The notes under the pieces: generated by a model
What the model saw: the letters and a program-made list of their open reading frames with translations, nothing else
Databases searched by the model: none
Told to the model about the DNA's origin: nothing
Translations under genes and position numbers: made by a program
Shown here: positions 49,217 through 58,260 of the stretch, piece after piece
How the letters are laid out: each line of letters starts with the position of its first letter
Numbering within the stretch: the stretch's first letter is position 1
Assembly (NCBI GenBank): GCA_035703635.1
Contig: DASSXV010000065.1
Location: 1 to 64,000 of the forward strand
Reading direction: 5' to 3'
Source: Trueperaceae bacterium
Lineage (GTDB): Bacteria; Deinococcota; Deinococci; Deinococcales; Trueperaceae
Length of the DNA stretch: 64,000 nucleotides

Positions 49217-49324
49217 GTTCCCCCTTCGTTACGTGCCACTGATGCTCGCATCCGCGAGCGACGAGAAGTGACGCTCTGGGGCCAGCGGCTACCCTAAACC
49301 TGATCCTGCCCTCGCGGCGGTCCT

Positions 49325-49624
49325 CTACCGAGCCTCGTTCCGCGGAACTATCAGCCTTCCGTGCCCATCGACAGCGAGTCTTCCAGTGGCCATGGCACGG
49401 TCGACGACCTTGTTCATGCGGCTCCGTAGGCCGTTGGCCAGGTTCCGGATCACCGGCACGCGGTTGTGAGCGAAGGCGTAGGTGAGGCTGTCCCAGGCCT
49501 GGACGTCGATCTCGAACGGACCTGCCTCGGCGACGACCGACGCTTCGCTCGGTATCGGCTCGACCTCGAGCTCCTTATCGATCATGGGTTCCAAGTTGTC
49601 GTCAGCGTTCACCGTTACCCCCAA
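49325..49624 (-). CDS. Hypothetical protein or gene remnant
   Basis: 99-aa ORF co-oriented upstream of the phosphatase; weak start. Confidence 0.35.
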   Translation of the reverse strand: MGVTVNADDNLEPMIDKELEVEPIPSEASVVAEAGPFEIDVQAWDSLTYAFAHNRVPVIRNLANGLRSRMNKVVDRAMATGRLAVDGHGRLIVPRNEAR

Positions 49625-49888
49625 GTCCTAAAAGCCGCGACGCGGTCTCTGATGCATGGCAAGAGTGCTGACCTAGCTCAGCCTAGAAACGCCTAGCTGT
49701 CGGCACTCTTACTACTAGCGCTACGGCCCAGGCCGGACCGTATTCACCTCCATCGCGATTGGGCTTACGATTACAAACCAGCGCGAGCTTGTCCATGGGC
49801 CCGAGTCGCATGCTAGCCGGCGGATGCGACGCGTACTGCCGCACCTACCAGCTACCGAGGCGCTGAAATGGCGCGGCCCAACCCCTCT

Positions 49889-50368
49889 TTACTCCACCAC
49901 ATCCGTCTGCTCAGCAAACCACGCACGCCAGTCCCACGAGCTCTTCATAACCTCCGCGAGCTGGAACGTCTCAGTACTCAGGATCCCCGTGACCGCCTGC
50001 GGCATGGTGGTCGACACGAACTTCAGTAGCGCCTGAACGGTGGGGTGCAACGTCTGGATGATGATGTCTGCCGAGCCGAACGAGAGGCCAACGAAGCGGA
50101 CGTTGGGGAACTCGGTGAGTTGTTGCGCCACGGTCTCGGAGTGGCCGGGCTGGACCTTGATGAGGGTGACGGCCACCACGTCGAAACCCAGGCGGAGGGG
50201 GTTGCCCACGGCGGTGATGCGGATGAAGCCCAGCTCGATGAGCTTCCCGACGCGGCCGCGGACAGTGGCTTCCGAGACGCCGAGGTCGCGGGCGATGTCG
50301 CGGTAGGCGCGACGGCCGTCGTCCTCGAGGGCGACTATGAGTGCTTGGTCCAAGGCATCAATGCGCAT
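49889..50368 (-). CDS. Lrp/AsnC family transcriptional regulator
   Basis: LEDDGRRAYRDIARDLGVSEATVRGR; start uncertain (50368 or 50392). Confidence 0.9.
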   Translation of the reverse strand: MRIDALDQALIVALEDDGRRAYRDIARDLGVSEATVRGRVGKLIELGFIRITAVGNPLRLGFDVVAVTLIKVQPGHSETVAQQLTEFPNVRFVGLSFGSADIIIQTLHPTVQALLKFVSTTMPQAVTGILSTETFQLAEVMKSSWDWRAWFAEQTDVVE

Positions 50369-50473
50369 CGTCTTACAGGATACATTGCGCATCGCATAAG
50401 TCTCAAGCCACTGCGCGTTGACATCGCGCAATGGCGCCGCATATGCTCGACCTTGCAAACCTAGGAGGAAACG

Positions 50474-51970
50474 ATGAAGCGTCTTTTCACCACGCTGCTA
50501 GTGCTGATGCTCGGATTCGGCATGGCGCAGACAACGATTCGCATCGGCCTCGCCGAGGACCCGGACATTCTCGACCCGGACCTTGCGCGCACCTACGTTG
50601 GCCGCATCGTCTTCACGAGCGTGTGCAACAAGCTCTTCGACATCACCCCTAACCTCGAGATCGTTGGCCAGCTCGCCACCAGCTATCAGGTCTCGGCCGA
50701 CGGCCTAGCTCTCGACCTCGAACTGCGTGACGGCGTGACGTTCCACGACGGCACGGTCTTCGACGCTGAGGCCGTGAAGTACAACATCAACCGCTCGCTC
50801 ACCCTGCCCGGCTCCACGCGCGCCAGCGAGATCTCGCAGGTCTCTTCTGTCGAAGTGACCGGCCCACTTAGCGTGCGCATCAACCTCACGCAGCCGTTCT
50901 CGCCCCTCATCGCGCAGTTCGCTGACCGCGCTGGCATGATGATCTCCCCAACCGCCGCCGAGGCGGCTGGTGAGCAGTTCGGCGCCAACCCCGTCTGCTC
51001 CGGGCCGTACAAGTTTGTCGAGCGCGTTGCTCAGGACCGCATCGTCCTCGAGAAGTTCGACGCTTACTGGAACGCGGACGCGTACTCCTTCGACCGCGTG
51101 ATCTTCCTGCCGATCCCGGACACGAGCGTGCGCCTCGCCAACCTGCAGTCCGGCGACCTCGACCTCATCGAGCGTCCGTCCCCCACCGACCTTGGCACCA
51201 TGGCCGCCGACTCGAGCATCGCAGTGGCTAGCGTCCCGAGCTTGGGCTACCAGGGCATCACCGTCAACATCGCCAACCCCGTCCAGCACGACACGCCGCT
51301 CGCTTCCGACCAGCGCGTGCGTGAAGCCTTCGAGCTTTCGCTCGATCGCGACGTCATCAACAACGTCGTGTTCGACGGCCAGTTCATGGTCGGCAACCAA
51401 GCCGTTCCGCCCACCAGCCCCTGGTACACCGCCTCCTACCCCATCTCGCAGCGCGACGTTGAGAAGGCCAAGGCCCTCCTCGCCGAGGCAGGCTACTCAG
51501 GCGCCGTGCCCGTCGAGCTGATGGTGTCGAACAGCCCAGACAGCATTCGCGTTGGTGAGGTCATCCAAGCCATGGCCGCCGAGGCGGGCTTCAACGTCAC
51601 GGTGCGCGCCACCGAGTTCGCTACCGCCCTCGACTTGCAGGATGCCGGCCAGTACGACGCGTTCCAAGTCGGTTGGTCAGGCCGCCTCGACCCGGACGGC
51701 AACATCCACTCCTTCGAGACCTGCACCGGCGCCCTCAACCAGTCCGGTTACTGCGATCCAGAAGTCGATAAGCTCCTCAACGACGCGCGCGCAGCGAGCT
51801 CCACCGCCGAGCGCAAGGCCCTCTACGACGAGGCCGCCCTGCGTTACCTGCCGAACCGCAACATCATCTACCTCTATCACACCCAGCTGTTCTTCCCGCA
51901 CACCACGGCCCTCAAGGGCTTCGTGGCGTTCCCGGACGGCATGATCCGCCTGCAAGGCGTTTCGTTCTGA
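50474..51970 (+). CDS. Peptide/nickel ABC transporter substrate-binding protein (family 5)
   Basis: Signal peptide; LRDGVTFHDGT.FDAEAVK; GPYKF. Confidence 0.92.
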   Translation: MKRLFTTLLVLMLGFGMAQTTIRIGLAEDPDILDPDLARTYVGRIVFTSVCNKLFDITPNLEIVGQLATSYQVSADGLALDLELRDGVTFHDGTVFDAEAVKYNINRSLTLPGSTRASEISQVSSVEVTGPLSVRINLTQPFSPLIAQFADRAGMMISPTAAEAAGEQFGANPVCSGPYKFVERVAQDRIVLEKFDAYWNADAYSFDRVIFLPIPDTSVRLANLQSGDLDLIERPSPTDLGTMAADSSIAVASVPSLGYQGITVNIANPVQHDTPLASDQRVREAFELSLDRDVINNVVFDGQFMVGNQAVPPTSPWYTASYPISQRDVEKAKALLAEAGYSGAVPVELMVSNSPDSIRVGEVIQAMAAEAGFNVTVRATEFATALDLQDAGQYDAFQVGWSGRLDPDGNIHSFETCTGALNQSGYCDPEVDKLLNDARAASSTAERKALYDEAALRYLPNRNIIYLYHTQLFFPHTTALKGFVAFPDGMIRLQGVSF

Positions 51971-51996
51971 ACGCAAGGGGCTAGGGGAGCCATCGG

Positions 51997-52941
51997 GTGC
52001 TGAACTACATCCTCCGGCGCGTGATGACCGCCATCCCCACGCTCCTCATCGTCACCGTGATGGTGTTCGCCGTGCAGCGAATGCTGCCCGGCGACCCAGC
52101 ACTGGTGCTAGCCGGTGAGGAGCGCGACCCTCAGGTCATCGAGTTCATCCGCGACCGCTACCGCCTCAACGACCCCGTGCCTGTGCAGTACGTAGCCTGG
52201 CTCGGGCAAGTCGTACAGGGCAACCTAGGGCAGTCGTTCCGCACCCGACAACCCGTAACGCAATTGATCCTCCAGAAGCTCCCCGTCACGGTGGAGCTCT
52301 CGCTCCTGGCCATGCTGTTCGCGTTGGCCATCGCCATACCAACGGGCGTCATCGCGGCGGTGCGCAAAGGCACCGCCGCCGATTACGTCAGCACCGTCGC
52401 CGCGCTTTCTGGCCTGTCGCTGCCGAACTTCTGGATGGGCATCATGCTCATCTTAGTCGTGTCCGTGCAGTGGAAACTGCTGCCAGCTTCAGGCTTCGTG
52501 CCGCTCAACGAGGGGGTTTGGCCCAACCTGCAACGCATGATCATGCCCGCCTTCGTGCTCGGTACCGGCCTAGCCGCGGTGCTCATGCGGCAGATGCGCT
52601 CGTCCATGCTCGAGGTGTTGAAGCAGGACTACGTGCGCACGGCCCAAGCCAAGGGCCTCGCGCGCTTCCTGGTGGTTACGAGGCATGCGTTGCGCAACGC
52701 CCTCATCCCCGTGATCACCATCCTCGGCCTGCAGTTGGGCGGCCTGCTCTCCGGCGCCGTCCTCACCGAGCAGGTGTTCACCATCCCCGGCTTCGGGAAG
52801 CTGGTGATCGACGCCGTGTTCAACCGCGATTACGCCGTGGTGCAGGGCATCGTGCTCTTCACGGCCACCGCCTACATCGTCATCAACCTCCTCGTCGACG
52901 TGGCTTACGCCCTCGCTAACCCCAAGATCCAGATGCGCTGA
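51997..52941 (+). CDS. Peptide ABC transporter permease (DppB-like)
   Basis: PGDPA, DYVRTAQAKGL, HALRNA, RDY. Confidence 0.92.
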   Translation: MLNYILRRVMTAIPTLLIVTVMVFAVQRMLPGDPALVLAGEERDPQVIEFIRDRYRLNDPVPVQYVAWLGQVVQGNLGQSFRTRQPVTQLILQKLPVTVELSLLAMLFALAIAIPTGVIAAVRKGTAADYVSTVAALSGLSLPNFWMGIMLILVVSVQWKLLPASGFVPLNEGVWPNLQRMIMPAFVLGTGLAAVLMRQMRSSMLEVLKQDYVRTAQAKGLARFLVVTRHALRNALIPVITILGLQLGGLLSGAVLTEQVFTIPGFGKLVIDAVFNRDYAVVQGIVLFTATAYIVINLLVDVAYALANPKIQMR

Positions 52942-53819
52942 TGGCCACATTAACTACTGCCTCCACGTCCGCACCCGCGCGCACCACCTCGCTGTGGCTC
53001 CGCTCGCTAACGAGCCTGAGCCGCAAGCCCCTGGCCATGGCCAGCCTCCTCATCATCGTGTTGTTCATCTTGGTGGCGGTATTCGCGCCGCAACTGGCGC
53101 CTTACGGGCCCGCGCAAGCCGACTTCCTGCAGGTAAGGAAGGCTCCAAGCGCCGCGCACCTACTCGGCACGGACGACGTTGGCCGCGACGTCCTCTCGCG
53201 CCTCATCTTCGGCGCACGCGCCTCGCTGACGGCCGGCGCCATCTCGGTGATCATCGCCATGATCCTCGGTGTGCCCCTTGGGCTCATCGCTGGCTTCTAT
53301 CACGGCTTCGTATCTGAACTGATCATGCGTTTCACGGACGCCTTGCTCTCTTTCCCGTTCCTTATCCTGGCCGTGGCGCTCGCGGCCGCGTTCGGCCCGA
53401 GCCTCACCAACGCCATGGTTGCCATCGGCATCGCTAGCGCCCCAACCTTTGTTCGCCTCACGCGTGGGCAGGTGTTGGCCGTACGCAGCGAAGATTACGT
53501 GCAGGCGGCCACCGCCAGCGGCGCAGGCGACTTCGGCATCCTCACGAGACACGTGCTGCCCAACAGTCTCGCGCCCCTGATAGTGCAGGGCACCCTCACG
53601 ATCGCGAGCGCCATCATCGCCGAGTCGTCCCTCTCGTTCTTGGGATTAGGCGTGCAGCCGCCAACGCCCAGTTGGGGCGGCATGCTCAACGTGGCCAAGA
53701 ACTTCATGAACCAAGCGCCGTGGATGGCCATCTGGCCAGGCCTCGCCATCTTCATCACGGTGCTGGCCTTCAACCTGTTCGGTGACGGCGTGCGAGACGC
53801 CCTCGACCCGCGCGACTGA
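52941..53819 (+). CDS. Peptide ABC transporter permease (DppC-like)
   Basis: LGTDDVGRDV, LSFLGLG.QPPTPSWG, GDGVRDALDP. Confidence 0.92.
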   Translation: MATLTTASTSAPARTTSLWLRSLTSLSRKPLAMASLLIIVLFILVAVFAPQLAPYGPAQADFLQVRKAPSAAHLLGTDDVGRDVLSRLIFGARASLTAGAISVIIAMILGVPLGLIAGFYHGFVSELIMRFTDALLSFPFLILAVALAAAFGPSLTNAMVAIGIASAPTFVRLTRGQVLAVRSEDYVQAATASGAGDFGILTRHVLPNSLAPLIVQGTLTIASAIIAESSLSFLGLGVQPPTPSWGGMLNVAKNFMNQAPWMAIWPGLAIFITVLAFNLFGDGVRDALDPRD

Positions 53820-53844
53820 TCACCACCGGAGGTAACGAGACCAG

Positions 53845-55443
53845 ATGAAGCTCGACTACGCCCTTCCCTACCCGTCGCAACGCCCCATAGTAATCGCGCG
53901 CAACGTCGTTGCGACGTCCCAACCGCTGGCAGCTCAAGCCGGCCTGCGCATGCTGCAGCTTGGCGGCAACGCGGTTGACGCCGCCATCGCCACGGCCATC
54001 ACCATGACGGTCGTGGAGCCAACGGGTAACGGCATCGGCTCGGATGCGTTCTGCATCTTGTGGGACGGTCGCCAGCTTCACGGCCTCAACGCGTCCGGTC
54101 GTGCGCCGAGGGCGCTAAGGCCAGAGCACGTTGCAGGCACGGAAAGTAAGCCCGCCCGCGGTTGGGGTTCGGTGACGGTCCCAGGCGCCGTGTCTGCCTG
54201 GGTCGAGCTCTCTGCGAAGTTCGGGAAACTGCCCTTCGAGACGCTCTTCGAACCCGCCATCCGCTACGCACGAGACGGCTATCACGTCACGCCGTTGACG
54301 GCGCGCGGTTGGTCGTACGCCGAGAAGGCCTTCGCTGCCAATGAGTTCGCGGAGTTCCGGCGCGGCTTCCTGCCGGGCGGCCGAGCACCAGCAGCCGGTG
54401 AACTGTTCAAGTTCCCCGACCAGGCGCGTACGCTCGAGTTGATCGCCGCGAGCAAGGGTGAGGCCTTCTACCGCGGCGCCTTGGCGGAGGCGATGGTCGC
54501 CGACGCCAAGAGCAACGGCGCGCCCCTCGCCCTGGACGACCTGGCGAACCACCGAGCCGACTGGGTAGGCACCGTCAGCCAGGCGTACGGCGAGTACGAG
54601 CTGCACGAGATCCCGCCGAACGGGCAAGGCATAGCCGCACTGCAGATGCTTGGCATACTAGAGCAAGTTGGGCACGGCCAGTACCCAGTAGACAGCGCCG
54701 AGAGCCTGCACCTGCAGATCGAGGCGATGAAGCTAGCGTTCGCCGACGCCTACGCACACGTGGCCGACCGCGAGCATATGAAGGTGCGGCCAGAACAGCT
54801 CCTCGACCCCGCATACTTGGCCGCACGCGCCAAGCTCATCGACCCGCAGCGGGCGCAAGTGCCCGTGTACGGCACCCCGCCGGCCGGCGGCACCATCTAC
54901 CTGACGGCGGCGGACGAGAGCGGCATGATGGTGTCGTTCATACAGTCGAACTACTACGGCTTCGGTTCCGGCGTGGTGGTGCCGGGCACCGGCATCTCGC
55001 TGCAGAACCGCGGGGCGGGCTTCGTGAACCAGCCCGGCCACCCCAACCACGCCGAGGGCGGCAAACGGCCGTTCCACACCATCATCCCGGCTTTCCTCAC
55101 GCGTGGCGGCGCGCCAGTGATGAGCTTCGGCGTCATGGGCGGTCCGATGCAGCCGCAAGGGCACGCGCAGATGGTCCTGCGCCTGGCCGACTACGGCCAG
55201 AACCCGCAGGCCGCCGCCGACGCGCCGCGCTGGCGCGTGATGGGCGGGTTGGAGGTGGCGCTCGAGGACGGGTACTCACCCGAGACCATCGCGGGGCTGG
55301 AGGCGCGCGGACATGTGCTGCACCGTTCGAAGGTAGGCACCGACTTCGGTTTCGGCGGTGCTCAGTTGGCGCTGCGCTTAGAGGACGGCGCCTACGCGAC
55401 CGGCAGCGATCCGCGCAAGGACGGGCAGGCGGTTGGATACTAG
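53845..55443 (+). CDS. ggt: Gamma-glutamyltransferase family Ntn hydrolase (YwrD-like)
   Basis: GGNAVDAA, GIGSD, TVPG, GTIYL (Thr nucleophile), QNRG, RPFHTI, QPQG, DPRKDG. Confidence 0.9.
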   Translation: MKLDYALPYPSQRPIVIARNVVATSQPLAAQAGLRMLQLGGNAVDAAIATAITMTVVEPTGNGIGSDAFCILWDGRQLHGLNASGRAPRALRPEHVAGTESKPARGWGSVTVPGAVSAWVELSAKFGKLPFETLFEPAIRYARDGYHVTPLTARGWSYAEKAFAANEFAEFRRGFLPGGRAPAAGELFKFPDQARTLELIAASKGEAFYRGALAEAMVADAKSNGAPLALDDLANHRADWVGTVSQAYGEYELHEIPPNGQGIAALQMLGILEQVGHGQYPVDSAESLHLQIEAMKLAFADAYAHVADREHMKVRPEQLLDPAYLAARAKLIDPQRAQVPVYGTPPAGGTIYLTAADESGMMVSFIQSNYYGFGSGVVVPGTGISLQNRGAGFVNQPGHPNHAEGGKRPFHTIIPAFLTRGGAPVMSFGVMGGPMQPQGHAQMVLRLADYGQNPQAAADAPRWRVMGGLEVALEDGYSPETIAGLEARGHVLHRSKVGTDFGFGGAQLALRLEDGAYATGSDPRKDGQAVGY

Positions 55444-55475
55444 ACGAGAGCCCCTTTGCTTCCTCACGCAGCTAA

Positions 55476-55505
55476 TATGACTATCTCACGCTCAAGTCGT
55501 ATACT
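55476..55505 (+). promoter_or_regulatory. HAIR-like (HspR) operator and -10 box upstream of hsp20
   Basis: TATGACT-N7-GCTCAAG (55476-55496) versus consensus CTTGAGT-N7-ACTCAAG; TATACT at 55500-55505. Confidence 0.55.
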
Positions 55506-55568
55506 GCCTCGCGGTAGAACGGTGGCCGCCGCCACGGCCTTGACCGCCGCTTCCGCGAGGAGGGCATT

Positions 55569-56081
55569 ATGGCAACGAAGTTCACGCAACTCACCCCATA
55601 CAGCCGTTACAGCTCCCGTCCAGCGACGCTCGGCAACATCTTCCAAGAACTCGAACAGATGCTGCAACCCTTGGGCGCGGCTGGCGTGAACGCTGGCGGC
55701 GTCGGCACTTACCATCCGATCGATCTCTACGAGACGGACGACGCCGTAGTGCTGGAAATGGCGGTGCCTGGCATCAAGGAAGAGAACCTCGAGATTAGCA
55801 TCGAGGGCCGCCAACTCACCATCCGCGGCAGTAGCGAAGACGAAGTAGAGAAGAGCGACCGGCGCTACTGGCTGAAGGGCATCTCGTTCGGTGAGTTCAG
55901 CCGCACCGTGACGGTGCCGAGCGGCATCGACGCGAACACCATCAACGCGACCATCGAAGAAGGGGTACTCACGGTGACGATGCACAAGGCGCCGGAAGCG
56001 CTCGCCCGCAAGATCACGGTGAATGGATCGAGGGCAGAGGCGAAGCAGATCCCGACCAAGAAAGAGGCGGTGGGTGTCTAG
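55569..56081 (+). CDS. Hsp20/alpha-crystallin small heat shock protein
   Basis: PIDLYET, VPGI, GEFSR, A..EEGVLTV..K. Confidence 0.92.
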   Translation: MATKFTQLTPYSRYSSRPATLGNIFQELEQMLQPLGAAGVNAGGVGTYHPIDLYETDDAVVLEMAVPGIKEENLEISIEGRQLTIRGSSEDEVEKSDRRYWLKGISFGEFSRTVTVPSGIDANTINATIEEGVLTVTMHKAPEALARKITVNGSRAEAKQIPTKKEAVGV

Positions 56082-56109
56082 ACCGTTCCGCGTACCGTCG
56101 TGGTCGAGG

Positions 56110-56142
56110 GGTTGAGGGCGCTGCTTCGCGCCCTCAACCTTT
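56110..56142 (+). terminator. Intrinsic terminator after hsp20
   Basis: ggttgagggcgc-tgcttc-gcgccctcaacc followed by ttt. Confidence 0.7.
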
Positions 56143-56264
56143 GCGCGTGAAGCCGTGGCGTCTTCGGACTACCGCAGGGCCTAGGGATGCGGACCCCCGC
56201 CCTCCGGCAACTCCACGCTCCGGTCGGTGAGTTGCAACGCAGCCCCCGCGAAAGTGGATGGAAC

Positions 56265-56660
56265 ATGGCTCTCTCTGCAACCTCATTCCTGATGTTTCAA
56301 GGCAAGGCCGCCGAGGCGCTGCGTCTCTACACCGAGACCTTCACGAACGCCAGCGTTGAGCGGCTTGAGTTGCGCGGTGAAGGCGATGGGGGCGCGCCGG
56401 GCACCGTCCAGCAAGCGTGGCTGCGCATAGCCGATCAGAAGTTCCGCGTGTTCGACTCGCCAACGCCGCACGCATTCGCCTTCACGCCTTCGTTCTCCAT
56501 CTTCGTCGAGTGCGAGGACGAGGCGGAGCTCGAGCGCGTAACGGCTCAACTGTCAGACGGCGGCGCAGTGCTCATGCCGCTCGACGACTACGGCTTCAGC
56601 AGGCGCTTCGCGTGGATCAACGACCGCTACGGCGTCTCTTGGCAGCTGAACCTCACCTGA
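56265..56660 (+). CDS. VOC/PhnB-like (3-demethylubiquinone-9 methyltransferase family) protein
   Basis: FLMFQG.AAEA, FTPSFSIFV, WINDRYGVSWQL. Confidence 0.88.
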   Translation: MALSATSFLMFQGKAAEALRLYTETFTNASVERLELRGEGDGGAPGTVQQAWLRIADQKFRVFDSPTPHAFAFTPSFSIFVECEDEAELERVTAQLSDGGAVLMPLDDYGFSRRFAWINDRYGVSWQLNLT

Positions 56661-58260
56661 GCGGCCCGAGCAGCGGTTGCGCTAGCGGCACTCCCGCTGG
56701 CGGCGGGTAGAAGGCGAGCAACCCCATGTTCACGCCTTCAAAGCCGCTCACGACCACGCTCGGGGTGGGGCTGCCTGACACGGCCAGCTCGGCGGGTGCG
56801 AACGCCAGCAAGCGACTGTTTGGGTCTGTAACCCAGAGGTTACCGGCGGCGTCGAAGGCCATCCCGCTCGGCCCGCCGAGGCCCGCGAGGATCACCGTTG
56901 GCGTGACGGTGCCGCTAACCTCAAGCTGGTCGGGCGCTAGCTTGACTATCGTCGTGTCATCACTCACCCACAGGTCTCCGCTCTCACTGAACGCCAAGCC
57001 TACAGGCGCGGTGAAGCCGAATGTGTTGATGACCGCGTCTGGCGCGGCGGTCGTGCCGCCAACCAGAGCGCCAGGGTCGTCGTAGCGGAAGAGCTTCCGG
57101 CTGAAGGTATTAGCGAACCACAGCCGGCCAGCGGCATCGAAAGCTATTCCCGACGGGCCGCTTAGTTGGTTGCTGCCGTCGTCGCTCAGGACAGCGGCCG
57201 CCATGGGTGAGCCGCTGGCCACCAACTGCGCCGCGTCGAAGCGCGTGACGGTGGCGTTGCCACGGTTTGTGACCCAGAGGTTGCCGCTAGCATCGAACGC
57301 CAGTGCCGTCGGGTTGTTCAGGCCGCCGAAGGTGAGGGTCACGAGCGGCGTCGGGCTGCCGGAGGCGCCGAGGTCAGGCGCGGCGTACTCGCGAACCGTG
57401 TAGTTGTCCCAATCGCTGACCCACAAGTTCCCACGGGCGTCGAACGCCACCCCTTGGGCCGACGGGGTTCCGCCAAGTAGGAAGGCGGGCGGTTCGCTGT
57501 TGCTGGTCGTGAGCTGGCTCGCCCCATACCCGCCCACCGAACCTGGGGCGTAGCTCGGCAAGTAGACGCGTCCGCTCGCCGGGTCCAGGTGGTAGACGGC
57601 GTGCACGCGGGCCGTCTGGGCGGCGGTGACCGTCACGCTGCACGTGACTCCTCCCGGCATGCTGGGTGGAGGACACGCGAGTTCCGGCCGCCTGATGGCG
57701 TCAAGCGAGCCCTGGCGCACGCGCACGGAGCTAGCGCTGATCGTGTAGTCACCGGGGGCCAGGTCGAGCAGCGTACGAGACGCGGTCAGCGTTGCGCCGA
57801 AACCGCCCGGTCCGGTGACCTCGACGGCGCCCCTCGAGCCCGCTTCTACCAGCTGATCTAGGTAGATGCTGAGGTTCCCCGCCGTGGCGGACACCGGCTC
57901 GACGGTGATGGTGGCGTCGGCGCTTACCCCGGACGAGGTTGCCGTGAGGGTGGCAACCTGGGCGCTCACTACGCTGACAGGTGGGGTGTACAAGACACTC
58001 GGCCCGGCGCTAGCCGACAGGCTGCCGACTCCGGCGAGCGTCCAGCTGACCGCACCCCCGCCCGTGACCGTGGCGTTGAACTCCTGTTCGACGGCGCCAG
58101 CGGCGATGGTCACGGTGGCTGGCTCGATCCTCACGGTCGCCTTGGGCGCCCCGCCCGGAGAGCAGGCCGCGAGCGCCGACAACACCAGCGCGAGAAGCGG
58201 CGACCAGCGACGCAAGATCCACGCGCTTCGCCGCGCGGCGCCGACTCGACGATTCAGCAT
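56653..58260 (-). CDS. Lipoprotein with Ig-like domains and NHL-type beta-propeller
   Basis: Lipobox LAAC; five P.G.AFDA.G.LWV-type repeats. Confidence 0.8.
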   Translation of the reverse strand: MLNRRVGAARRSAWILRRWSPLLALVLSALAACSPGGAPKATVRIEPATVTIAAGAVEQEFNATVTGGGAVSWTLAGVGSLSASAGPSVLYTPPVSVVSAQVATLTATSSGVSADATITVEPVSATAGNLSIYLDQLVEAGSRGAVEVTGPGGFGATLTASRTLLDLAPGDYTISASSVRVRQGSLDAIRRPELACPPPSMPGGVTCSVTVTAAQTARVHAVYHLDPASGRVYLPSYAPGSVGGYGASQLTTSNSEPPAFLLGGTPSAQGVAFDARGNLWVSDWDNYTVREYAAPDLGASGSPTPLVTLTFGGLNNPTALAFDASGNLWVTNRGNATVTRFDAAQLVASGSPMAAAVLSDDGSNQLSGPSGIAFDAAGRLWFANTFSRKLFRYDDPGALVGGTTAAPDAVINTFGFTAPVGLAFSESGDLWVSDDTTIVKLAPDQLEVSGTVTPTVILAGLGGPSGMAFDAAGNLWVTDPNSRLLAFAPAELAVSGSPTPSVVVSGFEGVNMGLLAFYPPPAGVPLAQPLLGPLR

